A stretch of DNA of 28,136 nt from a virus (lineage: Duplodnaviria > Caudoviricetes). Numbering within the stretch: position 1 is the first letter of the stretch; each line of letters begins with the position of its first letter. Below are positions 1 through 9,194 of this stretch, one piece after another. The translations under genes were made by a program, and so were the position numbers. Location: IMG/VR virus record IMGVR_UViG_3300005805_000358, positions 1 through 28,136 of that record. The stretch is one strand, 5' to 3'. A model generated the notes under the pieces. That model was not told the origin of the DNA, made no database searches, and was given only the letters and a program-made list of their open reading frames with translations.

Positions 1-14
1 CAACCAAAGTAACA

Positions 15-43
15 TTGCTTTTTCCAATATTTTAGTTTATTTT
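15..43 (+). promoter_or_regulatory. Candidate sigma70-type promoter upstream of the Mre11-like gene
   Basis: TTGCTT (15-20), 17-nt spacer, TATTTT (38-43), then GGAGG at 54-58. The AT-rich background makes a chance match possible. Confidence 0.35.
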
Positions 44-63
44 ATAAAATATTGGAGGAAATT

Positions 64-1122
64 ATGGCAAAAATTCTTTTATTTACTGACATTCATATAC
101 ATCCACACAAAAGAAGAAACGAAAGATTAGACGATTGTTTAAAAGCTTTGGATTGGGTGTTTGAAACCGCAGAAAAAAGAAAAATAAAAACAATTTTATT
201 TGGTGGCGATTTATTTCATGATCGTCAAAAAATAGATGTTTACACTTATCAAAAAACTTTTGAAGTATTACAAAAATGGCTATGTAAAAACATTTGTCAT
301 TTATATGTTGTTTTGGGAAATCATGATTTGTGGTTTAATGATCAAACATCTATTAGTAGCGTCATGCCTTTGGCATCTTTGCCCAACATTACGATTATTG
401 ACAAGCCAATTAGAATAGAGGTCGAACAAACAAATTGGGATATGATACCTTTTACTCACGATCCACTAACTGCAGTTGCAAAACTACAAAAAGAAAATGG
501 GGATTCACAATACGCTTTGGGTCATTTAGCGATAGATGGAGCAGTTCTACATGGTAGTTCAATATCAGATGTTTCTATAGAACATGATGGAGAAATGGTA
601 AAAGTAAGTGTTGATTTATTCAAAAAATATAAAAAAGTTTTCCTTGGTCATTATCATTGTTCTCAAAAATTAGAACCAAATGTAGAGTATATAGGTTCTC
701 CTTTGGAGTTGTCTTTTGGAGAAGCTTTTCAGGAAAAACACATCATTGAAATAAATTGCGAAACTGGAAATCAAGAATATATCATAAATGATTTTTCTCC
801 AAAGCATTTGGTAATTTATCCTAAAGACATCGAAAAATATGATTTAGAAAAGAATTTTGTCAGAGTGGTAGTTGAAGATATATCGGCTACAGATCTTTTA
901 GATATGCGAAAAGATATTTCAAAAGACAAAAATATTGGATCGTTAGAAATAAGACAACAAAAAAGAAAAATTGACTCTGAAGCTATTGATAATGCAAAGG
1001 CGATAATCTTCAAAGAAGATGAAATGTTAACACAATATATTGATGTTGTTGGATGTGGTGATTTAGATAAAGATAAACTAATAGAGGTCGGCAAAATAAT
1101 TTGCCAAAAGGAGATAAGTTGA
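64..1122 (+). CDS. Mre11/SbcD-like metallophosphoesterase recombination nuclease (T4 gp47-like)
   Basis: Calcineurin-like motifs DIH, GDLFH, GNHD, GHL and GHYH; GSPLELSFGE; upstream of a Rad50-like ATPase. Start moved from TTG52 to ATG64 because the GGAGG RBS is at 54-58. Confidence 0.92.
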   Translation: MAKILLFTDIHIHPHKRRNERLDDCLKALDWVFETAEKRKIKTILFGGDLFHDRQKIDVYTYQKTFEVLQKWLCKNICHLYVVLGNHDLWFNDQTSISSVMPLASLPNITIIDKPIRIEVEQTNWDMIPFTHDPLTAVAKLQKENGDSQYALGHLAIDGAVLHGSSISDVSIEHDGEMVKVSVDLFKKYKKVFLGHYHCSQKLEPNVEYIGSPLELSFGEAFQEKHIIEINCETGNQEYIINDFSPKHLVIYPKDIEKYDLEKNFVRVVVEDISATDLLDMRKDISKDKNIGSLEIRQQKRKIDSEAIDNAKAIIFKEDEMLTQYIDVVGCGDLDKDKLIEVGKIICQKEIS

Positions 1123-1850
1123 ATCAATTTTTAATTTCTTCGTTTGATGAATCTTATTTCTATCGTTATGGCGTTTCTTGGATTGCATCTTTAAAAGAAA
1201 TTTCAAATTTTAAAGGTGTTGTTGTTTTAATTGCCTTTGATTTTAAAAATCAAAAAATTATAGATGTTTTAAAATCAAATGATTTATTAGTAATACAAAA
1301 AGATAATGTCGTTGAAAAAAGAGAAGAAGTTTTTGACATTATTTCTGATCTTCAAGAACATAGTGAAGGCATGTATGCTTATTTTGATATTGATGGATAT
1401 TTTGACGATAACATTCAAGATTTGTATGATATAGATGCATCTGATTATCTGCTTGTTGCAGGTGATTCAAATATGGGTTTTTGTGCTGGAAAAAACGATG
1501 CGTGGAAATTTTATAAAGATTACAGAAAATTTGAAAATTTTTTAAATTTCAACAGATCTCTAGCTGATTTTGTAGAATATAACAAACATATAGTTCAAAT
1601 TGATTATGTCTGGAATTGTACAGAACCTAATCGAATTCCAATTGAAACAAAAGCCAAGTTTGTACATTATAGTTACAGCATTAAACAAACGGCTGATGAC
1701 ATTGCGGAAATTGAATTTTCATTTCAAAAAAAATATCCAGAACATTTCAACAAATGGCAAAATATATTTTTTGGTCAAGCAAAACCATTATTGAAAAATT
1801 TTCTTGTTAGGAAAAAGTCAAATGAACCTCTATTTGACATGGGCAAATAA
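1119..1850 (+). CDS. Putative glycosyltransferase-like (GT-A fold) protein
   Basis: YAYFDIDGYF (DxD after a hydrophobic strand), NMGFCAG, WNC and FVHY, a pattern resembling GT8/nucleotide-diphosphosugar transferases. TTG start overlaps the upstream TGA (TTGA) with AAGGAG at 1108-1113. Confidence 0.5.
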   Translation: MNQFLISSFDESYFYRYGVSWIASLKEISNFKGVVVLIAFDFKNQKIIDVLKSNDLLVIQKDNVVEKREEVFDIISDLQEHSEGMYAYFDIDGYFDDNIQDLYDIDASDYLLVAGDSNMGFCAGKNDAWKFYKDYRKFENFLNFNRSLADFVEYNKHIVQIDYVWNCTEPNRIPIETKAKFVHYSYSIKQTADDIAEIEFSFQKKYPEHFNKWQNIFFGQAKPLLKNFLVRKKSNEPLFDMGK

Positions 1851-2601
1851 TATTGATGAAAATAATTGGCACCAGTACAAGGTGTATTTTTCTTCAGTAT
1901 CAACAGTAAAAAAAAATGATGAATTTATTTGTTTGACTGATGGTATAGATCAAAAATATATTGATATTATTAGCGAATTTGGTTGCAAAGTTATTCATCA
2001 ACCAAGAAAAAATAAAAAAATTTTTACAAATCGATGGTTTTCTTTTTGGAAATATTTATCAACAATCGATGTTGACAAAGTAATTATCACTGATGCTAGA
2101 GATGTTTTTTTTCAATTTCAGCCATTTTCGTTTTGTCCACATTTTTCAGTAGGAGTTTGTTGTGAAGGATTTGAACATAAAAATTCTCCATTCAATATGA
2201 CTGACCAAATGAAATTACAAATTCACCAATATGAAAATATCGACACTTTTACTGAATGGTCGGTTGTAAATGGTGGAGTGTGTATTGCTCATAAAAAACA
2301 ACTCGTGGATTTTTGTTTTTTGATGTGGTCGAATTGCATGGGGAGATCACAATGCACAGATCAAGCTGTTTTAAATTTTTTGTATCATAGTTCAAAGAAT
2401 TCTGAAAAATGGCATTTATTTGATCCAAGAAAAGATTCTTTTTGCCTTACCGGAGAGGCTTACAAAGAAAATTTATTGCCTTATGAGGTGAAAATTGAAG
2501 ATGGTGTAATTAAGAACCATGAAAAAAACTCTTTTTGTCTTTTTCACCAATGGGATCGAACAATTTTTGCAAATGACATATTGAAAAGATTTATAAAATA
2601 A
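1822..2601 (+). CDS. Putative glycosyltransferase (GT-A fold)
   Basis: VIITDARDVFFQ, NGGVCIA, DQAVLNFL and C-terminal FHQWDR motifs typical of nucleotide-diphosphosugar transferases. ATG1822 is preferred to TTG1804. Confidence 0.7.
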   Translation: MNLYLTWANNIDENNWHQYKVYFSSVSTVKKNDEFICLTDGIDQKYIDIISEFGCKVIHQPRKNKKIFTNRWFSFWKYLSTIDVDKVIITDARDVFFQFQPFSFCPHFSVGVCCEGFEHKNSPFNMTDQMKLQIHQYENIDTFTEWSVVNGGVCIAHKKQLVDFCFLMWSNCMGRSQCTDQAVLNFLYHSSKNSEKWHLFDPRKDSFCLTGEAYKENLLPYEVKIEDGVIKNHEKNSFCLFHQWDRTIFANDILKRFIK

Positions 2602-2615
2602 ACTATCCTCATGTA

Positions 2616-4640
2616 ATGAGAAGTTTAAATTTTAAATCACTGTCGGCTAAGAATTTTTTATGTTTCGGTCCTAAAGGCATCGATATTAAATTTGATGATT
2701 ATGGATCGATTGTTTTTATTCGTGGCGAAAACAGAGATGTTAAAAAGTGTGAAGAAAACTTGCCTTCGGACGAGGTAAAGATAAGCTCCAATGGTTCTGG
2801 CAAAAGCAGTATACAAGAAATCATATCTTATGGTTTGTACGGAAAAACTATAAAAAAGCCATCTGCAATTACAAAAGATGGTGTTATCAATAATCTGGTT
2901 GGGAAAAATTGTTTAGTTGAGTTGTGTTGGGGAAATTATAAAGTTGCAAGATCAAGGAAAAAAAATTATTTAAGATTTTGGGAAAGCGAAAAGCAAGAAT
3001 GGAATGATGCTACCGAGATAACAACAGGTAGTATGGATGAAACTCAGATTTTGATTGAAAACGCAATAGGTCTTTCGTATGAAGCTTTTGTAAACATTTG
3101 CATATTTACAGATGATCAATCTGCTTCATTTCTTGAAGCCAATGCTGCCCTTAAACGAGAAATTGTTGAAAATCTTTTGGCTTTGTCATCTTACAGAGAA
3201 AAACAAGAAAAAGCCAAAAAACTTGTTTCTGAAACATCTTCAACAATAAAAATACTCGCTAGAGAATACGAAATTTTAAAAACTAACGAAGATCAATCAA
3301 AAAGAAGATTGTTGCAGGCAGAACAAAAAGAAGTTGATTGGAAAATTAGCAAAGAAAAAGAAATAAAAAACTTACAAATTTTATTAGATGAAAAAAAATC
3401 AAAATTAGGTAAAACTTCTCACGGTGCAGAATTACTGGCTTATCAAGAAGCTCAAAAAACAATACAAGAAGCATCAAAGATTATAGATGAATTAGACAAA
3501 TTGATTGAAATCGAACAAGAAAAAATAAAATTAGGAAAAGAAAGAGAAGAAAAAATAAAAGACGCAGCTTTTGAATTAAAAAGCAAAGGCGAAGAAATAA
3601 AAATATCAGTTTCTACTCATCGAAAATTTATTGAATCGAAACAAAATCACATAAATTCATTAGGATCTAATGAACACGGTGCCATTTGCGATCATTGTTA
3701 CGGCACAATAGATGTTGAAAACATACAAAAGGTTATTGATGCAGACAAAGAAGAGATTACAGAAACAAACAAAAAGCTGCTTGAATTGATGAAAATTGCA
3801 AACGAACTATCTACAAAAATGCAAGATGTGTCCGAAAAACAAAAAAAAATAAAAGAGATTATTCAAAACAAAGAAACTTTTGTTGCCGAATCTATTGCAA
3901 GAATTAAACACGAAAGAAATAAAATTTCTTTAGCAATGAAAGTAAAAGAACCAAAAGCAGATAGTTATGAACTTTTATTAGAACAAGAAATAAATCAAAT
4001 ATCTGAAAACATTAAATCAAAAAATTTAGAATTTTCTGGGGTATCTCCTTTTGCTGATATTATTCTTTCTGAAAAAGAGGCAGTAAAAAATAGTGAAGAA
4101 CAATGCAAAGAAAAAAACAAAACCATAAAAGAAGCTGAAGATAATTTAAAGTATTATCAATATTGGCAAGTTGGCTTTGGAGAAAAAGGTATCAGAAAAA
4201 TTGTTGTTGATGGAATTGTACCACAATTGAACAACAGAATAGCTTATTGGCTTCAATTTCTTATTGATAACAAAATTTCATTAAAGTTCGACAATGAATT
4301 CAATGAAATAATAGAAAGAAATCCTGTCGATGGAGATCCTTACATATATCACGCTATGTCTGCTGGACAAAGAAGAAGATTGAATCTTGCTGTATCTCAA
4401 GCTTTTGCAGACATTATGATGATAAGTTGTGGAACAATACCATCAATAGTTTTTTTGGATGAAGTAACGACAAACATAGATCCTTTGGGTGTTCAAGGAA
4501 TTTACAACATGATTCAAGAGTTGTCTCAAGAAAAACAAGTGTTTATTACATCCCATGATAAAGATCTTATAAAAATGCTAGAAACATCTGACAAAATAAA
4601 TTTGATTCATGAGGGTGGCTATACAATTTTAGAAAAATAA
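2616..4640 (+). CDS. Rad50/SbcC-like SMC ATPase (T4 gp46-like)
   Basis: N-terminal KNFLCFG, Walker A ...NGSGKSS, long coiled coil with central Zn-hook CDHC, signature MSAGQRRR, Walker B VFLDE, H-loop ITSHD. Confidence 0.93.
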   Translation: MRSLNFKSLSAKNFLCFGPKGIDIKFDDYGSIVFIRGENRDVKKCEENLPSDEVKISSNGSGKSSIQEIISYGLYGKTIKKPSAITKDGVINNLVGKNCLVELCWGNYKVARSRKKNYLRFWESEKQEWNDATEITTGSMDETQILIENAIGLSYEAFVNICIFTDDQSASFLEANAALKREIVENLLALSSYREKQEKAKKLVSETSSTIKILAREYEILKTNEDQSKRRLLQAEQKEVDWKISKEKEIKNLQILLDEKKSKLGKTSHGAELLAYQEAQKTIQEASKIIDELDKLIEIEQEKIKLGKEREEKIKDAAFELKSKGEEIKISVSTHRKFIESKQNHINSLGSNEHGAICDHCYGTIDVENIQKVIDADKEEITETNKKLLELMKIANELSTKMQDVSEKQKKIKEIIQNKETFVAESIARIKHERNKISLAMKVKEPKADSYELLLEQEINQISENIKSKNLEFSGVSPFADIILSEKEAVKNSEEQCKEKNKTIKEAEDNLKYYQYWQVGFGEKGIRKIVVDGIVPQLNNRIAYWLQFLIDNKISLKFDNEFNEIIERNPVDGDPYIYHAMSAGQRRRLNLAVSQAFADIMMISCGTIPSIVFLDEVTTNIDPLGVQGIYNMIQELSQEKQVFITSHDKDLIKMLETSDKINLIHEGGYTILEK

Positions 4641-4709
4641 GAAAATTTTTGGAAATTTTTTGTTTTTTCTTTCTTAGATATATTCCCCAAACATTTTAGT
4701 GAGGTAATT

Positions 4710-6959
4710 ATGAGCATCAAAGCATTGGCTGATTACACCTTCGTCTCTAGATACGCAAGATATGATAATAAAAAAGGCAGAAGAGAAACTTGGCATGAAG
4801 CTATTGAGCGTGTGAAAAACATGCATCTTTTTAAATATCCTATGGTACAAGATGAAATCAATTGGGCTTTTGAACATGTTCACAACAAAGTGGCTTTGGG
4901 ATCTCAACGAGCCTTGCAATTTGGTGGAGAACCAATTCTTAAAAGAAACGCCAAATTATATAACTGCATAAGTTCTTATTGCGATAGGCCAAGATTTTTT
5001 CAAGAATGTATGTGGTTGTTGTTAAATGGTTGTGGAACGGGTTTTTCTGTTCAGTTGCATCATGTTGCTAAATTGCCAAATTTTCACATCAGCAAATCAT
5101 CGGATCTTAGCGAAGAAAAAACTTATGTTATTGATGATTCTGTTGAAGGTTGGGCTAATGCTTTGGGGGTTTTGATTGCTTCTTATATGCCAAATGAAGA
5201 GTTTTCAGATTATTACGGGAAAAAAGTTTTATTTGATTTTTCAAAAATTAGACCTAAAGGCTCATCTTTATCGTATGGTGTTGGTAAGGCCCCCGGACAT
5301 GAACCTCTTCAAAAAGCGATTGAAGAGTGTAAAAAAGTTATAAACAAATGCATAGATTCTGGGTTTAAAAAACTTAGAACAATTGATGCTTACGACATTG
5401 TAATGCATTCTTCCGATGCAGTCTTATCAGGAGGGGTTCGTAGAAGTGCAACATTAGCGATGTTTAGTGTTTCTGATTTAGATATGTTAAACGCAAAAAC
5501 TGGAAATTGGTATTACGAAAATCCACAGCGAGCAAGAAGTAACAATAGTGCATTATTGCTCAAAAATGAAACATCTAAAGACGAATATCATAAACTTTTT
5601 GAATCAACACGACAGTATGGAGAACCGGGAGTTATATGGAGTGAAGATACTGAACAATTGTTCAATCCTTGTGTAGAAATATCGCTATATGGTTATGATG
5701 AACGAGGCAATTCTGGATGGCAAGCATGTAACTTGTCTACCATCAATGGATCTAAATTAAATACAAAAGAAAATTTTGCAATAGCATCAAAAGTAGCAGC
5801 AATCGTAGGAACATTGCAAGCAGGATATACAGATTTTGCTTATTTGGGACCCATCAGCGAATCGATTGTAAGAAGAGAGGCATTATTGGGTGTAAGTATG
5901 ACTGGAATTATGGACTACCCAGAAATAACTTTAAATAAAAATAATCTTCGTGAAATGGCAAATCTTGTTTTGGAAACTAACGAACAAATTGCAAAAAAAA
6001 TAGGTATAAACTTGGCAAGCAGAGCAACTTGTGTAAAGCCAGAGGGAACTGCATCTTGCTTGTTAGGAACAAGTTCAGGAATTCACCCAGCTTATGCGAG
6101 ACGATTTATACGCAGAGTTCAAAGTAATGCAACAGAAATTCCAATTCAATATTTTAAACAGTATAATTCTACGGCTGTGGAACAATCTGTTTGGAGCAAA
6201 AACAAAACAGACGAAGTTATAAGTTTTTTAATTGAAATGCCTGAAGGGGTTAAAACAAAAGAATCAGTGGGTGCCATTGAATTACTTGAAGCTGTAAAAT
6301 TGGTTCAAGAAAATTGGGTAGAAAGTGGAAAAAGAGTCGAATTATGTGTCAAACCTTGGTTGTGTCACAATGTATCCAATACAATTAATGTAAAGCCAGA
6401 GGAATGGGATGATGTTGAAAAATTTATTTTTGAAAATAGAAAAAGTTTTGCTGGAATATCATTGTTGAATGAATCTGGAGATTTAGATTATCACCAAGCT
6501 CCTTTTTGCAAAATTTTAACAGCAGCGGAATTAGTTGAAAAGTATGGTGATGGGGTTATGTTTAGTTCTGGTTTGATTGTAGATGCATTGCATGCTTTTG
6601 GTGACAACTTATGGATTGCTTGTGATAGTTTACTTGGTATTTACAATCTGGAAAAACCTAAAGATTTGGAAAAAGTAGATGACAATAACATTGAAAAATA
6701 TCAACATGATATTAAATTATACTTCTTGCAGAAAGATTGGATGCGAAGAGCAAGACAATTTGCTGAAAGATATTTAAAAAGCAATGTGAAGACTCTTACT
6801 TATCTGCTAAAAGATGTTAGCAATAATAAATTATGGCACGATTTGCAAAGAGTTTACAAAGATGTCGATTACTCAAAGATGCTAGAAGATGATGACAACA
6901 CCCAGTTGTTGGAAAACCTTGCCTGCGGAAGCGGAAAGTGCGATCCAATAAGAGTTTAA
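4710..6959 (+). CDS. nrdJ: Class II (adenosylcobalamin-dependent) monomeric ribonucleotide reductase
   Basis: LYNC, GGVRRSA, NPCVEI (radical Cys), ACNLSTIN, TCVKPEGT and a C-terminal CxxxxC pair (CGSGKC). No ATP cone and no adjacent small subunit. RBS GAGGT. Confidence 0.88.
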   Translation: MSIKALADYTFVSRYARYDNKKGRRETWHEAIERVKNMHLFKYPMVQDEINWAFEHVHNKVALGSQRALQFGGEPILKRNAKLYNCISSYCDRPRFFQECMWLLLNGCGTGFSVQLHHVAKLPNFHISKSSDLSEEKTYVIDDSVEGWANALGVLIASYMPNEEFSDYYGKKVLFDFSKIRPKGSSLSYGVGKAPGHEPLQKAIEECKKVINKCIDSGFKKLRTIDAYDIVMHSSDAVLSGGVRRSATLAMFSVSDLDMLNAKTGNWYYENPQRARSNNSALLLKNETSKDEYHKLFESTRQYGEPGVIWSEDTEQLFNPCVEISLYGYDERGNSGWQACNLSTINGSKLNTKENFAIASKVAAIVGTLQAGYTDFAYLGPISESIVRREALLGVSMTGIMDYPEITLNKNNLREMANLVLETNEQIAKKIGINLASRATCVKPEGTASCLLGTSSGIHPAYARRFIRRVQSNATEIPIQYFKQYNSTAVEQSVWSKNKTDEVISFLIEMPEGVKTKESVGAIELLEAVKLVQENWVESGKRVELCVKPWLCHNVSNTINVKPEEWDDVEKFIFENRKSFAGISLLNESGDLDYHQAPFCKILTAAELVEKYGDGVMFSSGLIVDALHAFGDNLWIACDSLLGIYNLEKPKDLEKVDDNNIEKYQHDIKLYFLQKDWMRRARQFAERYLKSNVKTLTYLLKDVSNNKLWHDLQRVYKDVDYSKMLEDDDNTQLLENLACGSGKCDPIRV

Positions 6960-7024
6960 TTTTTGCTTCTGATTACTTTCGATGATGCTTACTCTTTTAG
7001 CATAAATCAATATCGGAGTTAGTG

Positions 7025-8665
7025 ATGGCAAAATATATATTTGTGGTCGGTGGTGTGATTTCTGGAACCGGAAAAGGAGTAGCTGCAGCTAGTATAGGTC
7101 TTCTATTAAAACTTAGGGGACACAATATTACACTGGTAAAATTTGATCCCTATTACAATATTAATGCCGGTATTCTTGGCCCCGGTGAACATGGCGAATG
7201 TTTTTTGTGCGATGATGGCACTGAAACCGATCTAGATTTAGGACACTATGAAAGAATAGCAGGAATAACTGTATCAAAAAATAATATTTGCACTCATGGA
7301 ATTCTGCAAAAAGAACTAATTGAAGAACAAGAACATGGAAAATACCTTGGAGAAACAATTCAAGTCAATCCACATCTAACTGACAAAATTGAAAAAAGAT
7401 TAATAGATTTGGGTAAGTCTCACGATATTGTTATAGCTGAAGTTGGAGGCACTGTTGGAGACTCAGAAAGCTTTGCTTTTTTTGAGTCTATTAGATTATT
7501 TAAACAAAGTCATAGGACAAATGTGTTGATAGTTTTAGTGGCTCCTATACTTTGGGTTAAAACTATCAAAGAATATAAAACAAAGCCTTTGCAAAATGCT
7601 GTAAAAGAATTGCAAAGACATGGCCTGCAACCAGATGTTTTGCTTTGTAGAACTGAAACCGCAATTCCTGAAAAGATTTTAGAAAAAGTATCTCAACTTT
7701 CAAATGTGCCTAGAGAATGTGTTTTTGATGCACCTGATTTTGAATCAATTTATCAGGTTCCTTTATCTTTTTATGATCGGCATGTAGATGATTTGTTTGT
7801 TGACTTGCTTCATTTGAATCGAAGTGCTTGTAGGATTCACAAGTACAGAGATGTTGTTGAAAAGTACACAAATAATCATTTACAACCAGTCACGATTGGA
7901 ATTTTTGGCAAATATGATAATTGCGATGAAGCCTATATTAGCCTAAAAGAGGCTTTGTTGCATGCTGGTATTGTTAATGACGCAAAGGTTCTTATCAAAT
8001 GGTACAAAAGTGAAGAGCTAGAAAAGTATAAAGACAATAGGGGTTTGCATAAAATATTTGATGACTTGGATGGCATTATAATTCCGGGTGGTTTTGACAA
8101 TCGTGGCATTGAAGGAAAAATTAAAGCTATTCAATATGTTCGAGAAAAGAAAATACCATTTTTAGGTATTTGTCTTGGTTTGCAATGTGCCGTTATAGAA
8201 CATGCAAGAAATGTATGTAAACTTGAAGATTCCAATAGCATGGAGTTTGACAAAGAAACAAAACACCCTGTAGTGAAATATGTTTCTGGGCAAGAAAATT
8301 TAGTAAAAAAAGCTGCCAACATGAGACTTGGTGCATATGATTGCGAATTAAAAAAAGATTCATTGGCGTATGAACTATATGGTCAAAAAGTTATTCAGGA
8401 GAGGCATAGACATCGGTACGAAGTAAATGAAGAATATGTAAGTCAATTAGAAAATAAGGGTTTTTTTGTTAGTGGAAGAAATCCACAATCAAATTTAGTT
8501 GAAATTATGGAACTGAATCGTGATCTTCACCCTTACTTTATTGGAACCCAAGCTCACCCAGAATTTAAAAGCAAACTTACGGGAGCAGCACCATTGTTTG
8601 TAGGATTGATAGCATCTGCACTTAAGAACAAAAAACCGGTGGCTGATATCATAAATAAAGCATGA
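7025..8665 (+). CDS. pyrG: CTP synthase (glutamine-hydrolysing)
   Basis: GGVISGTGKG, ETDLDLGHYER, EVGGTVGD, KTKP, PGGF, GICLGLQ (catalytic Cys), ERHRHRYE and HPE. Start is ATG7025 or GTG7022; GGAG at 7015-7018. Confidence 0.96.
   Translation: MAKYIFVVGGVISGTGKGVAAASIGLLLKLRGHNITLVKFDPYYNINAGILGPGEHGECFLCDDGTETDLDLGHYERIAGITVSKNNICTHGILQKELIEEQEHGKYLGETIQVNPHLTDKIEKRLIDLGKSHDIVIAEVGGTVGDSESFAFFESIRLFKQSHRTNVLIVLVAPILWVKTIKEYKTKPLQNAVKELQRHGLQPDVLLCRTETAIPEKILEKVSQLSNVPRECVFDAPDFESIYQVPLSFYDRHVDDLFVDLLHLNRSACRIHKYRDVVEKYTNNHLQPVTIGIFGKYDNCDEAYISLKEALLHAGIVNDAKVLIKWYKSEELEKYKDNRGLHKIFDDLDGIIIPGGFDNRGIEGKIKAIQYVREKKIPFLGICLGLQCAVIEHARNVCKLEDSNSMEFDKETKHPVVKYVSGQENLVKKAANMRLGAYDCELKKDSLAYELYGQKVIQERHRHRYEVNEEYVSQLENKGFFVSGRNPQSNLVEIMELNRDLHPYFIGTQAHPEFKSKLTGAAPLFVGLIASALKNKKPVADIINKA
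8650..8657 (+). promoter_or_regulatory. Candidate T4-like late promoter CATAAATA
   Basis: One mismatch from the T4 late consensus TATAAATA, 4 nt upstream of ATG8662. The same octamer precedes two other probable virion genes. Confidence 0.35.
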
Positions 8666-9186
8666 ACTTTAAACAATTTTTGTTAATTGAAGATGCTAGA
8701 GATTTAGCCAATCGTGTTGGTGATATTTATAGTGCTTTGCAAAGTTTGGGCGAAACACCTCTAAAAAAAAGTAAAGCATCTATAGTAGCAACACAAAATA
8801 TAGTTAGCCAAATAAGAAAAATTGTAAGAACTATAGATTCAAAAGAGCATAAAGAATATTTAGAAAAACTGTCAAATATTGGTGTCATGTTAATGAAATC
8901 AATTGATGGAACAAATGAAATATCTTTAGAAGATTCTTTAAAAAAAGCCACATCAGGAACAAGAGCGTTAATAGATAAATTAGGCTCGCCAATAAATGAT
9001 CTTGGCACAGACGCTGCATCAAAAACCACCGATGACTCTGCTGTTTCGGACAACATAAAAAAACCAACAAAAGCTGTTGTTCCACCATCTGATCAAAAAG
9101 TTACACAACCAACAAGCCCCGGTGGGCCTCCACAACAAGAAGTTCCGTCTCTTGGTGGAAGCACAGGTGATCTCAAAAATTTGTAG
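8662..9186 (+). CDS. Hypothetical protein, possible head-internal protein
   Basis: 174-aa ORF with ATGA overlap to pyrG; N-terminus MNFKQFLLIE, helical core, Pro/Gly/Gln-rich tail. Confidence 0.75.
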   Translation: MNFKQFLLIEDARDLANRVGDIYSALQSLGETPLKKSKASIVATQNIVSQIRKIVRTIDSKEHKEYLEKLSNIGVMLMKSIDGTNEISLEDSLKKATSGTRALIDKLGSPINDLGTDAASKTTDDSAVSDNIKKPTKAVVPPSDQKVTQPTSPGGPPQQEVPSLGGSTGDLKNL

Positions 9187-9194
9187 GAGTTATC

